A DNA stretch of 55,136 nucleotides, filler included, from Porpidia crustulata (GCA_964255105.1; 2 parts of 2 records of this genome joined end to end with filler, not necessarily neighbours in it); one strand, 5' to 3'. Counted from the whole stretch's first letter, positions 41,707-52,602 are shown. Made by a program: numbers and translations. Notes: generated by a model from the letters alone, not told the origin.

Positions 41707-43710
41707 TTAGCCTTGGTTCCAAAGCGTCGATGCCAGGTTGGCCATGCTCGTCAGCGTGTCTGGGTGATCCACTCCGAGCTTCGTCTTGCTCGTCTCCATG
41801 ACTTGCACCTCCAGCTTTTCAGCATCATCCCACCGGCCTTGGTTCCAAAGCGTCGATGCCAGGTTGGCCATGCTCGTCAGCGTAGAAGGGTGGTTCACTC
41901 CGAGTTTCGTCTTGCGAGTCTCCATGACTTGCACCTCCAGCTTTTCAGCATCATCCCACTGGCCATTCAGGCTATGCGCCAAGCCCACCATTGTCATCCC
42001 ATTTAGAGTATCACTGTGCTCATCACCGAGAATCTTCTTTCGAACTTTCATCACATGAACCGCCATATTCTCTGTCTCTACACCTTTTCCCATTCTCAGG
42101 GCATACCATGCTGCGTTGTATAATATTGAAGCCCAGTCTAGTAAAGAATCTTGTTCCTTTGGCCTCTGTGCTGCTGCCGATTGTGCGTGTGGGAAGAGTG
42201 CCCGACACTTTTCCCAATTCTCGTACTCTCCCGTTGGAAGCTCTGCGTCAAGATTCTTGATAAATTGCCGCTTCCACCTCTCTATTTGCCCACGAGCCTC
42301 AAGCCATTTCTTCATTGCTAGCTGTACGAGTCCGTGCATTTCGAATGTTGTGTCATTAGTGTTGACGGAGATGAACGAGTAATTTCGTAGGACTGAGACA
42401 TCCTCTTCAAACCCATCGCTCATAGAAGACTGTGATGCGCTGCCTTCTTTGTCATCAATATAGTCAGTATCATCATCAACACAACTACTAGCGGTGCTCT
42501 CCCTCTGGTCTTGCCTCAAATTTATCTGCTTGCTTCGATCTTGAAGTAGAGCATCAGGGATTCCTTGCCGGTCAAAAAAGCTCATAAGCGACAGTAAATC
42601 AGCCGCTGATGGTCTGATCTTGCGGACGTGATCGAACGATATCTGCCACGTAACGATGATCGAATTCTTCGCCTCCCTATCTCGACGGAGTTGCTTGCTA
42701 TTGTAGTCTAGAAGACTCGCCCTATTACGATCGCTCTCCCGAAAGCCCTGGAGATACTTTCGCACAGAAAAGCGCGGCCTTCTCCGTAAGATATATGCAG
42801 CTGCTTGAACGATAGCGAGAGGCATGAACTCGAGTGCTACGAGAAGCTCAGCACCAACATCGCCGTCTTTACTGCCGTCGTCGACCCCTCCCAGCTTGTT
42901 CTCGAAGAGCGTCAGCGCATCTTCACTACTCATCGGTCCGATTGTGATAATGTCGCGCTGTTCAACTAGATTCAGGGCCTCATCTTCACTCCGCGTTGTT
43001 ATGAGAATCGATCCATGCGGACACTGCGGAAAGTACGACACGAGCGACCGTGGGTTCCCGCTCTCTATGCCGCTTGTTTGCCCATCTTGCCCAGTCCTCC
43101 GAGCCTCGACGAGAAAGCCAGCATCATCCACATTATCAAGTATAAGAGCCCATTTCCCTTTCTTTTCGTCGCACAGCCAGTCGTGCACCAGCTGGAAGAT
43201 ATTGGCCGTTGGATTCTGTCGTCCAGAGATCTTGACGCAATTTGCTATTTCTCGAAAGCTCTGCTCAAACCGGCGGCATTGCTTGCGTGCGCCCAGAACA
43301 CCCATGTTTCCGGCGAGCGATCTCGAGTTCGATAAGCGTATTCGATGGCGAGTTGCGATTTGCTTTACAGCGGTTAGCAATAAGTATTTACCAAAGGGAT
43401 TCCGCTTACCCGACGCCGCCCAGGCCAACAAGCGCGGTTCGGGATCCCAGGACAGCGCATTTCTGGTGAATCTGATCAAGCATCGCTCGCTCGACGAAGT
43501 CTGTGTCGCGACTGAAGGGTATGACGATCGACGGGTCCGGTGGAGTCTCTGGTCGTTGTGCGAGTCGGGACGTCATTAGCGCGGGGCCAGCTTGGACCTT
43601 TGCGACTTACCAGGAGGGGCATAGTGATGAAACTGAGTATTGACCGAACCGTGGATTATTCCAGCTTGGAAACCGGAGTTAGCCTCGCCGAAAGATTTCG
43701 CAGACGCCAT
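41707..43710 (-). pseudogene. PP-motif/NB-ARC/TPR fungal NLR (PNT1-like architecture), frameshifted and C-terminally truncated; exons 43710-43611, 43548-43410, 43362-41707
   Basis: N-terminus MASAKSFGEANSGFQAGIIHGSVNTQFH, then ETPPDPSIVIPFSRDTDFVER. Walker A GLGGVG|KS is split by intron 43409-43363. Walker B WALILDNVDD, ILITTR, FMPLAIVQAA and FEMHGLVQ follow, then 42-aa TPRs. One base is missing at ~43272 (HASNAA/RFEQ) and there is a stop at 41707 after ~2-3 TPRs. Confidence 0.88.
41710..41961 (-). repeat. Two near-identical 126-bp TPR-coding repeats
   Basis: GCCTTGGTTCCAAAGCGTCGATGCCAGGTTGGCCATGCTCGTCAGCGT recurs at 41710 and 41836; the period is 126 nt = 42 aa (WDDAEKLEVQVMET...TLTSMANLASTLWNQG). 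Confidence 0.92.
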
Positions 43711-43874
43711 TACAGTAGAGAATTTGCGATGGAGTGGTAGCAGTCGCTGCAAATGTCGATATCGTTGGCAATTCTTCAGCCGCAACGACTTGCGGCTTCC
43801 TGCCAATCAGATTAATCGGCACTTCCAGGACCTTAGCCTTAGCGCACGGTTAGATTTTCGTTCAATAAACACAA
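43711..43874. promoter_or_regulatory. Compact bidirectional promoter between NLR and HeLo-like effector
   Basis: Only 164 bp separate the two divergent ATGs (43710 on -, 43875 on +). Confidence 0.6.
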
Positions 43875-44759
43875 ATGGCTGATCCTCTTAGCATTACTAC
43901 GAGTGCCGTCGGTATTATTGTACCAGCCTTACACGGCACACGACTACTTCTAGAAGATCTGCAGCAGCTCAAAGATGCACCCAAAACCGTCAAGCGTCTA
44001 ATTGATGACGTCCACTCGGTTCATGCAACACTCGAATTGCTCCAAGGAGTGGAGGATGGAGATTGGAAGTCACTTGGTCAAAGCGTAGCAGATCAATCAA
44101 AGGCGACGATCAGCAGCTGCACGCAAGCCTGCAACCTCTTCAGGGCCGATCTACAAAAGTGGACTAGGCACTCCGAAGATGGGAAGCTGACATGGGTGGA
44201 CCGAGCAAATGTAGGATTCTTCAAGAAAGACCAAGCCAAGGCCATGTCGGACCAGCTTCAAAGCTGTAAGCTAGCCATTAATCTCATCGTTGGTGTTGCA
44301 ACCTTGTAAGCAGTTCTGGTTCTGCCTGTGTAAATACAAAACTAACCTTCTTACAGGTATAGTTCTGTCCGTAATAGCCATGTCACGGAGGAGATAAAGA
44401 AAGCGATATCTACAAAACAGGATGAGGTTAATGGTGCTATCACTACGGCAGATCGGCAGCTAGTGATAGTGGAGAACAAGCTTGAAGAGCTGAATCTCAG
44501 CAGTGATGATGACGACGCGGCTGGATCTAGTCAAGGCAAAGATGAGGTATTGCAGCAACTTGAGGAGGAAGTCAAAGGGGTGAAAGCGTCGCAGAAGCTG
44601 CTGAATGAGCTGTTGTCCAAGTCGCAGGAAGAAGTGATTGCGAAGATCGCGGGGAACCAGACTGATTCAATCACTGTGACCTTCGGTCCTCAGAACTCGG
44701 GCTTTCAAGCTGGGAACATCAACGGCGGGGTTAATGGAATGAATTTTGGAGGGAAGTAA
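43875..44759 (+). CDS. hellp: HeLo-like (HELL) cell-death effector with C-terminal PP amyloid motif (HELLP-like), 277 aa; exons 43875-44305, 44357-44759
   Basis: N-terminal MADPLSITTSAVGII...LLEDLQQLKDAPKTVKRL helical HeLo-like domain. Intron 44306-44356 (GTAAGC..ACTAAC..TACAG). C-terminus ITVTFGPQNSGFQAGNINGGVNGMNFGGK* matches the N-terminus of the adjacent NLR. Confidence 0.88.
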
Positions 44760-45072
44760 TATATGATACAGTAACATTATGAAGGCCAACTGATCTTTTT
44801 CTTGATTGAAATGATGACGTCTTTTGAGCTTCAAGGCCAAAGATTCTCAAGAGATCAATAAGTTACATGGCCCGCGTTGTGCAAGGCGTCCTTTCGCCAG
44901 TAAAGATGTTCATGTTCATAACACTCGCTCTCTAGAATCTTGCCGAATGCAAGATTCACGACAATTCTTCCTGCTGAAATAACCAATGCCGTAGGTTGCA
45001 GTGGCCGTTGTGTGTTGAACGTTCGTTATTGGGCTCCACTGTACCAAGATCATGTAAAGTGTGGCGTTCTTC

Positions 45073-47166
45073 TAGAAGTTTTCATGCACAGCCACAGGTC
45101 CACTGCCGCTCTACGAGCCGCACTTCGAGCCGCGCTTCACGTTTCTATTCCATCCCTACGTCGCAATAAGCTAGTGCTTCATGAGCGACCGTGCCAGTAA
45201 AGCCCTTGCAGAGGCTTCCCTGCCGGGAGAGCCTCGAGCATACGATGCCACATCAAAACGCAGTGGAGTGCCGCTCTCTACCCTTTTTCACCGTGCGCAT
45301 GGGCGGCACCCGAGAGAAGAGAAAGCCGAAGGCCAACAGTATCTCACTCCGTCGGAGGAGAAAGCCCTCGAAAAGTATTTGAAACTAATGGCTGATCTCG
45401 GGAATCCTGTGCGAATCAAGTACCTACCTGCCCTCGCCTTCAGTACCGCCCGCCAGCGTTCGACGAATAAAGTGATCAAGCCTCCGGGTAAGAACTGGCC
45501 TCGGGGCTTTCAAAGGCGTCATCCAGCACTCAAATCACGACGAGTAAAGGCGATGGCCTGGGAACGCCACGAGAATAACATCTATGACAAGATAACACAT
45601 TGGTTTGAGGTGATCATGGAGGTATTACAAGATCCGGCTATCCTCCCAGAAAATGTCTATAACATGGACGAGACTGGAGTCATGCTGTGCATGCTAGGCT
45701 CGATCCAGGTCCTTGTAAGTAAGGATGATCCGCGAGACTATAGAGGCGCGGGCATCAAGCGCACGATAGTTACCGCCATCGAGTGCATAAGTGCAAACGG
45801 TAGGTCTTTGCTACCAATGATTATCTGGCCAGCTACTACCCATCGAAGCAACTGGACCACGTTCCCTACCCCTAGATGGCACTATGCCTGCTCCGAATCC
45901 GGGTACACTGACTCGAAGATTAGCTTGGAGTGGCTTAAGCGCGTATTTGATCCCCAAACGAGAGAACAAGCTAATCAGAAGCCACGGGTACTGATCTGTG
46001 ATGGCTTCGGGACGCACGAGACCCTCGAAGCCTTAGAGTTTTGTTTCGAAAACAATATTATCCTATGCCGCCTCCCCTCTCATACCTCCCACAAGCTCCA
46101 GCCCTGTGACGTTGTGGTGTTTGCACGGTTGAAAGAAGCCTATCGTGACGAAGCTGATAAGCTGCTTCGAGGAGGTGCCAATACAGTTGGCAAGCAACAC
46201 TTCACCTCCTTATATAGCCCTGCAAGGGAGAAGGCGTTCACAAAGAGAAATATCACGGCTGCATGGGCGGCCTGTGGTTTGTTTCCGTTCAACCCCGACA
46301 GAGTCCTCAAAAAGACGCCGAAGCCCCCCACTCAATCAACTGTTCCGAGGGCCGATGAAATACAGGTGGGTTCTAGTCATAAGACGAAGTACCACAAACG
46401 CCTGTCACGCCAGTGTCAGCAAAGGGTCTTGCATCACTGCATAATCTGATCAAACAGGATGCTCTTACGCTTGATGAGAAGAGTATACCGCGCATACAGA
46501 GGCGTGTACAGAAGCTTGCCAACGCCGCCCAGATATTCCTTGCCGATGGTGCCCTCCTTAATGATCAAATTCAGATGTTGACTGGAATGAACAACGAAGC
46601 TAAGGTTCGCCGATCAACCAGGGCAGTCGTACTCGGGAAGGCAAAGGTAATGAGCTTTAAGGACATCGAGGTGGCACGAGCAGCGCGTGCTGCGAAGGAG
46701 GTCATCAAGGGCAAGGGGAAACGTGGTCGGAAGCGTAAGAGTGCTACGCTAGAGGCAGATGAGCCAGAGACAGAGGTGGAGGCGGTGCCAGAAGTGGCAC
46801 ATGCTGCAAAAGAGGTCATAACAGGCAAGAGGAAACATGGCCGGAAGTGTAAGAGTGCTGTACAAGAGGCAAATGAGCCGGAACCAGAGCCAGAGCAAGA
46901 AGTGGTACAGACGATCGAAGCGTCAGTGCCATGGAGAGCATCAGTGGCATGTATGCATTAAAGCGCAGATCGCGGGGAACTGGATCGCTGGGAGAAGAAT
47001 AGAATTCAAGGTGGGTTTCTTGAGGCAGGTATGCGCAGGTCTCGCGACTAATTATTGTCAGTCATTGCAATCTCGGCGCAAATAGAAGGGATAAATCACC
47101 GCTTGGTAGGGGTTTGGTAGTATAATTGTAACCGTTTTCAATGTCACTGATTACATGAAATCTCTG
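45073..47166 (+). mobile_element. pogo/Fot1-like (Tc1/mariner superfamily) DNA transposon; boundaries approximate
   Basis: Contains a transposase. Only weak, degenerate inverted ends are visible (AGAAGTTTTCATGCA at 45074-45088 vs TACATGAAATCTCTG at 47152-47166). Confidence 0.65.
45181..46961 (+). pseudogene. pogo/Fot1-type DDE transposase with one frameshift (~46380)
   Basis: HTH (GVPLSTLFHR), CENP-B-like HTH (YLTPSEEKAL...GKNWPRGFQRRHP) and DDE_1 motifs YNMDETG, VLICDGFGTH, LPSHTSHKLQPCDV. The C-terminal part continues in another frame (DEVPQTPVTPVSAKGLASL...). Confidence 0.88.
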
Positions 47167-48392
47167 TGACTCCATTTTCTTTCAGATGTTATTACTTGAG
47201 CCGACTTTTGTACTGGTACATGCGGGATCCTGATAGTTCTATGCCCACCGAAGGGTCATGCCTAAGTGAACATTGTCCCGTGTTAGTGTCACTGTTTATC
47301 AGGTAGTTCGAAAAGAGTAGTAAAGTCGACATGTTGGATTGCGATGCTCGATAGAGGTGGCATTAATGCACCGTTGCATGAATATCTTTGTAACTTGAAA
47401 CATCTTTGTCAGGACTACTATTTACGCTGCCTGACTTCGTTGAGACTAACCTTGGATAGATGATATAATCTTGAGAGACCGTTCTTCGTCCACTTAGTGA
47501 TTCTGGCATATCTCGCAAGGGGAATGGTCTGAGGCCTTGATGAATAGCTGAGAGAGGTTGGCCCACTTCCCCATTAACTATGAGTGCCTTCGCTCCTTAC
47601 GCTTGCGGCGGCTGCAAGTCTCTAGCGCTGTCTTTGAGTTCTGTTCGTCGATGGGGTGAAACATATGAAAGAAGCACTGGGGCGTACCTTGTACAGGACG
47701 GGACAATGACGTGGATACACTCCGCCGTGGTTCGTGCAACAAGAAGGGCAATGATTTTCGATAGCCGTTCACATCTTGTCTTACAGGCTATTCAGAACGC
47801 AGTACAGCTGACTGACATGTCATTGGTAGTTGTGAAGCTCCTGATGCCTCGCGAATTGTGCTGACGCCTTTCGCATGAAACTCGATCACGTGCATGCTTG
47901 AAGGGTTTGCCGTGTCATCAAGCATTACTAAGCTAGATGTGGCGCAAGGTGAAACTGGACTTCTATGCCTGAGGCATCACAGATGAAAATTACGGCATAA
48001 AATATTCCGGGGAGTGCGGAGCGCCCCAAAAACGTCGACCCGAGGTACCGAACCGCGTGGCGATCCTGCGTAGATTTGCACGCCACAACGCCATGAGGAT
48101 GTTGACGATCTCCCACATATTGATAAGGGGCCTGAGAGCTCGGATGAACCCCTCTATAGGTATTAGGGGTAGCAGAAGTGTATTGATAAGGCTATGGTAG
48201 AGGAAGTCTATTACGCTACAAAAGGACACTCTTTGCAATTCAAGCGTGAAGATAACAATGTGAACGTAATTTTTGAATCGGAAGCATCTAGGGCAATCGG
48301 GAGTGGTTATGCAATAGAACTTGTAAAAAATAATAGGAGATGCTATGGTGTGCACAGATTTTAAGATGCTTGAAGTCAAAGTACCTATTAAT

Positions 48393-48436
48393 TTTTCCGG
48401 CACGCAAGGTTTTCCGGCACGCAGGGATAGACGTTA
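48393..48436. mobile_element. Solo Fot1/Pot2-type terminal inverted repeat with probable RIP-degraded element remnant upstream (~48120-48392)
   Basis: Two 17-bp direct repeats TTTTCCGGCACGCARGG (48393-48409, 48410-48426) followed by ATAGACGT|TA, read on the minus strand as TA|ACGT...; ~42 bp long. No partner TIR seen in the window. Confidence 0.6.
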
Positions 48437-49642
48437 GACCGTGTCAGATCTTTCTTCCGTAGCGGAATATCCCCACCCTTGTTACGACCAAACCTTCCGA
48501 ACCTCCTTATGGGGCCTAGCGCACCCATGGCCGGGCCTAATTTCCGGCCTTCCTAAATAGACCAGCCACCACCCTTTGTTTTCTTTCTTCTTTAGCTTTT
48601 AGATCTTCGTTTATTAGCCACCTACCTAGCCAACCAAATTCCAGTTGCTTGACCTTCCGGTAGTAAGGAACCCTCCAAAATACGTTTCTAACAACCCTTA
48701 GTCTGCTTGAGACCTCAGTCAACCCCGTCTCACTACCATACTAAATCGCAGAAATTTCTCTCAAGCCACTATCATAGCGAATCCCGAAACCGGCCATGAC
48801 GTTCTACTTAGGCCTCACGGACGGTGATTTATCCGGCGAGAACAGATTTCTCGAGCATCGACTTTTCGCAGATGCTTCGAGCGTTGAGCGTACGCGCTGT
48901 CCGCCAGACTTAGAACTTTCTTGCTATCGGTCAGGCGTTTTGTATTGTTGTGTTCATCCGGTGTTTTCAGATGCTGCTCGACATGTACGAGTAGTGAATT
49001 TACAGCTGCGGTCACACGTTGAGAAATGGAGAACAGACAATTGGGTAGATTTCTAGATTATAGATACGTGATAACACAGAAGAAAATCCACTTCAATCCA
49101 TTGACTAACCGTATTGAAAGATTGAAAATTAGCGTAAGACCTGTTTTAATCGATGCGAGTGTTCTCCAGGCTACATACATCCACTTTAAGGAAAATCAAG
49201 TCTGACAGGTTTCTGCGATGATTTTGTATGAAAGTAGTCTATGTGTAGGATATTATACTTTTACTTATGGACCTCGTTGATTACGGATTTAAGAGCGTTT
49301 GGACTAAACAGTTTGCTATATCGTGTTGGCTTAATTCATATTCATTATTGCGGTCGACTTTGATGCCTGATATCTACGATTCTTCTAGCCAACACGCTGC
49401 ATTTGAATGGGCTCGATTGTGGTTACACGCCCGTAAAAACTCGCTTTCTGTCGACAGCTGGTGGATCAAACGACGCTGGGTTACCAGGATTTCGGCTTTC
49501 AGAGATCTCGAATCGTAGTAGATAACTATTTTGTTTGAATATTTAAATGTTGTATAATGCCTGTAGACTTGAATTTGTCGAACACAAGTGTCTACTGTGG
49601 TTCCTCCATTCTCCCATTCCCGTGACCTGAGATCACCGAGGC

Positions 49643-50710
49643 TCAGCGCAGCCGCTTTGAGGTCTCTAGATCCCATGTCCATTGCTCCTGCCCTTCAAAT
49701 TGATGAATCCCCATAGCATAGCGCCCGATACAACCAACGTCTGGCCAATCCTCTACCATCCTCTCAGTCCAGCAACTATCCGGCGCAATAGCTGCTCTGA
49801 GTATTTCGTACATCGTGCGATCTCCATCCCACAGCGACGAGAAAGCGACGATACTGAAGCAATCGCGAATCGAAACGGCTGCCAAGGCAGTTGCCGTATT
49901 GCACGGCTCGGACAAGACTCTGATGATACACGTGTTATTGTTATTTACAAAGAGGTGAACCGTCAAACTCCTTAGCTTGGTGCATGTCCGAGCAATAAGA
50001 CTGATATGCCCAGCAAGATCCCAATCCATGCCAGCCCTCCCAACGTTATGCAGGCCTTTGGGCATGTAGTCGATACGCAAATCACTCATGTCCTTCATTC
50101 CAATGTCGAATACAGTAGAGCCACGGCGAAGTTGAGCCGTTGAGTCATGTCCGAGGACGAAGACTTGAAGAAAAGGCCCTGTGTGGTCCGAAGTGTATCT
50201 GTGGAAGCAGATGGAGTAGTGGAATTTATTCACTCGATAGAAGATTTTCGTCGTCTCGGCGTTCAGCTGGCGACTAACACAAAGCAGAGCAACATCGACA
50301 ATAAGAGCTTCTTCGACGCATTTGAGCTCGTGCTCGGTTAGCTCGGACAACGCGGTCTCGCTTTCTGAAAGCGTTGTTTTGGCGAGTTCGACATCCTGAC
50401 GGATGCGTAGTCGCGGCTGATGATCGTCGCGATATACTGCTAAAGCAAACTCCCAAGTCTGAATACGGAGTTCGCTGGGAAGCCCCATAAGGGATGCGCG
50501 CGGAGGCGACGTGGAATCGGTTTCGTTTGCATCGACTTTGCTCCACCCAGGTTGAGTATCATTCCTGCTGATTCCAGAGCCGTGTAGAGCCGTTTGGTCC
50601 GTCATTTCTCCAGGAGACGAAGGTCGTAATGGGTAGAGGGAACTCGTTCTATGGTATGAGTTCTGCTCAGAGAGTTGTGTGTGATTCGAGAAGTCACCGG
50701 TTGCATGCAA
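49643..50710 (-). CDS. F-box-like (2EXR/DUF7730-like) fungal protein, 355 aa
   Basis: SLMGLPSELRIQTWEFAL F-box-like motif and ALLCVSRQLNAETTKIFYRVNKF motif typical of this expanded ascomycete family. Single ORF; start uncertain. Confidence 0.72.
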   Translation of the reverse strand: MHATGDFSNHTQLSEQNSYHRTSSLYPLRPSSPGEMTDQTALHGSGISRNDTQPGWSKVDANETDSTSPPRASLMGLPSELRIQTWEFALAVYRDDHQPRLRIRQDVELAKTTLSESETALSELTEHELKCVEEALIVDVALLCVSRQLNAETTKIFYRVNKFHYSICFHRYTSDHTGPFLQVFVLGHDSTAQLRRGSTVFDIGMKDMSDLRIDYMPKGLHNVGRAGMDWDLAGHISLIARTCTKLRSLTVHLFVNNNNTCIIRVLSEPCNTATALAAVSIRDCFSIVAFSSLWDGDRTMYEILRAAIAPDSCWTERMVEDWPDVGCIGRYAMGIHQFEGQEQWTWDLETSKRLR

Positions 50711-52431
50711 GGTATATTCGAAGATGAGTATGAGGTCGAGAAGAAAATTTCCGAGCGTAACGGCAAAGTAGCAGCTTAATTATTACGGATTCACTGTTCT
50801 CTCATGTGCTCTCACTGACACCTCAGTAACCGGTTGAAACCTTGCTGAGAATCCACAATCAGTCAACACAAGGCATTAGATTTGTGTGAATAACCAATTC
50901 TATCTCGTTGTTTCGAATTCATCGTCTATCGGAACAATTCATCAATTTCTTCACAACTGCAAGAGTCTACGATTCAGTCGATCGGGTCAACTATCATCTT
51001 TGTTGTAAGCTGCCACAACAACGACGACTTGTTTGCAATTCTACGGAATCGACGTTGAGATATCGTGTTCTCCATCGCATTGAGCGATGTCAGTCCGATT
51101 GAAGGTTTGTCAATTGTACTCCTAGCAGCGACTCAAGAATCTCTTTCTTCAGCTTCCTCGTCATCCATTAACCGATCCATTTACCCTGCGGTGCGATCGA
51201 GAATCCTCATCAAAGATTGCACTCCGCAGTCACTTTCAATTCTCCAACCTTCCAAATCGTCGTCTTCATTTGCTGATCTTCTCCTTCATTTTAAACTTCG
51301 AACATGACATGATCCGAGTCATCGATCGGTTCCCATATTCAAGAAGTGTGAGTATATACTATACTAAAATGTGATAAGCTTCAAGACTCATTTGATCATT
51401 TAACTAGAAGGAAGCGGTCTCGGTCGAGGAGACTCGATACTTTTTCTTCTTCGCGAAAAGATTACTTTATTCCAGATTCTATACTTCGAGGAGCTAGGAG
51501 TCTATACAATCATCTAGATGGGCGAGAAAAACGGGCATGTTTATTACACATCCGCGCTTTTCCGTCAATCTTCCACGTCTTCATCTCGCACAATATCATC
51601 CTCGTCATTTCAAATCCCATTCATCCTTCCGAGGATCTATGTCTCATATCTCTTGCTACCTTACGGCAGTAATAACAGCAGCAACTTACGCAGTGCTGAA
51701 ATGCCGTACGTTCATCGGGACCGCACGCTACGAGAGAAAGGGGCCGAAGAATGGGTTGACGCATTGGTCGCAAGATAATGATAGAGTATTTTGGTGGTTT
51801 GGCGGTTTGGCGGTTTGGGATTTTGGATTAAGGAGACGGACGGGTGTTGTAAACATCCCCACATAGGGACAGGGAATCTGACGATACCTCGGACTAGCAA
51901 TAACATTGTCCATCGGAGTCCTCAAGAGAAATCCTCTGCTGCTATATGGTAGGACAAGGGTGAACTCGATCGGGCTCGTTGGTCATCGTCTTCAATACCT
52001 GTGAGAGCAGATCTGATGAACACCAAGCCAGTGCATAGTCGAATAGATTACAGATTTAATAATTACCGATATCTTTGAGTAGCACTTGTACGATGTGCTT
52101 TTCATGTAGTGTGCTCTATGTCATTCTCTGAAATCTCAATGTTCATCACTTTTCGTTTTCCCTTGGCTATTTCTGATAGTTCGACACCAGAGTCTTGGTC
52201 GGTGAAGCAATTATCCGTACTAGGTAGAGGTCTGTATCATGTATATTCATCATTAGCAACAAGATAGAAAGAGATAATTCAACAAGATGCTTTCTGTAGA
52301 ACACAGACCAACTTACGAAGATGTGAGATCAATAATAGGTACATCTGGAGTTGTGATTTTTCGACAGGAATCTTCTGAGCCAGCCCCATCAATACATAAG
52401 GACGGGGCCAGCTTGCTTATGGTAGGAGCTG

Positions 52432-52508
52432 GCTGACATGGCTGAACGGCGAAGGAACAATCGATTTGAAGTTGTTGCATCTTTCGGGTTCGAGTCCGAA
52501 GTGAGGCT
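52432..52508 (+). other. Degenerate tRNA-like element with Pol III A-box and B-box (tRNA pseudogene or SINE head)
   Basis: A-box TGGCTGAACGG (52439-52449) and B-box GGTTCGAGTCC (52487-52497) at tRNA-like spacing. Partial anticodon arm ATCGA-TTTGAAG-TTGTT and a T-arm-like hairpin are present; the acceptor stem is poor. Confidence 0.45.
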
Positions 52509-52602
52509 TGGAGCTGGACACCATGCTACAGTTGGATACCTTGAACTGGTGATTGGTATCTAAAGAACGAAAAAAAGATTGAAGAGATGGAAAGTGGCTG
52601 AA

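Noticed and set aside
43363..43479. ORF-track N-terminus of the 590-aa NLR ORF (MIRFTRNALSW...)
   Set aside because: Off-frame read-through of exon 2 and intron 2. The true frame (P-loop GLGGVGKS) is different and joins the long ORF only after the frameshift at ~43272.
42824..43579. 251-aa plus-strand ORF
   Set aside because: Antisense shadow of the NLR coding sequence.
48480..48790. Possible LTR start (TGTTACG) and gypsy integrase-like KLEFGWLG fragment
   Set aside because: No second LTR, no correctly oriented PPT/PBS, and too little protein similarity to call.
52432..52508. Functional tRNA-Ser(TGA)
   Set aside because: The acceptor stem does not pair, the T-stem is out of register, and there is no long variable arm or terminator. 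Kept only as a tRNA-like element.
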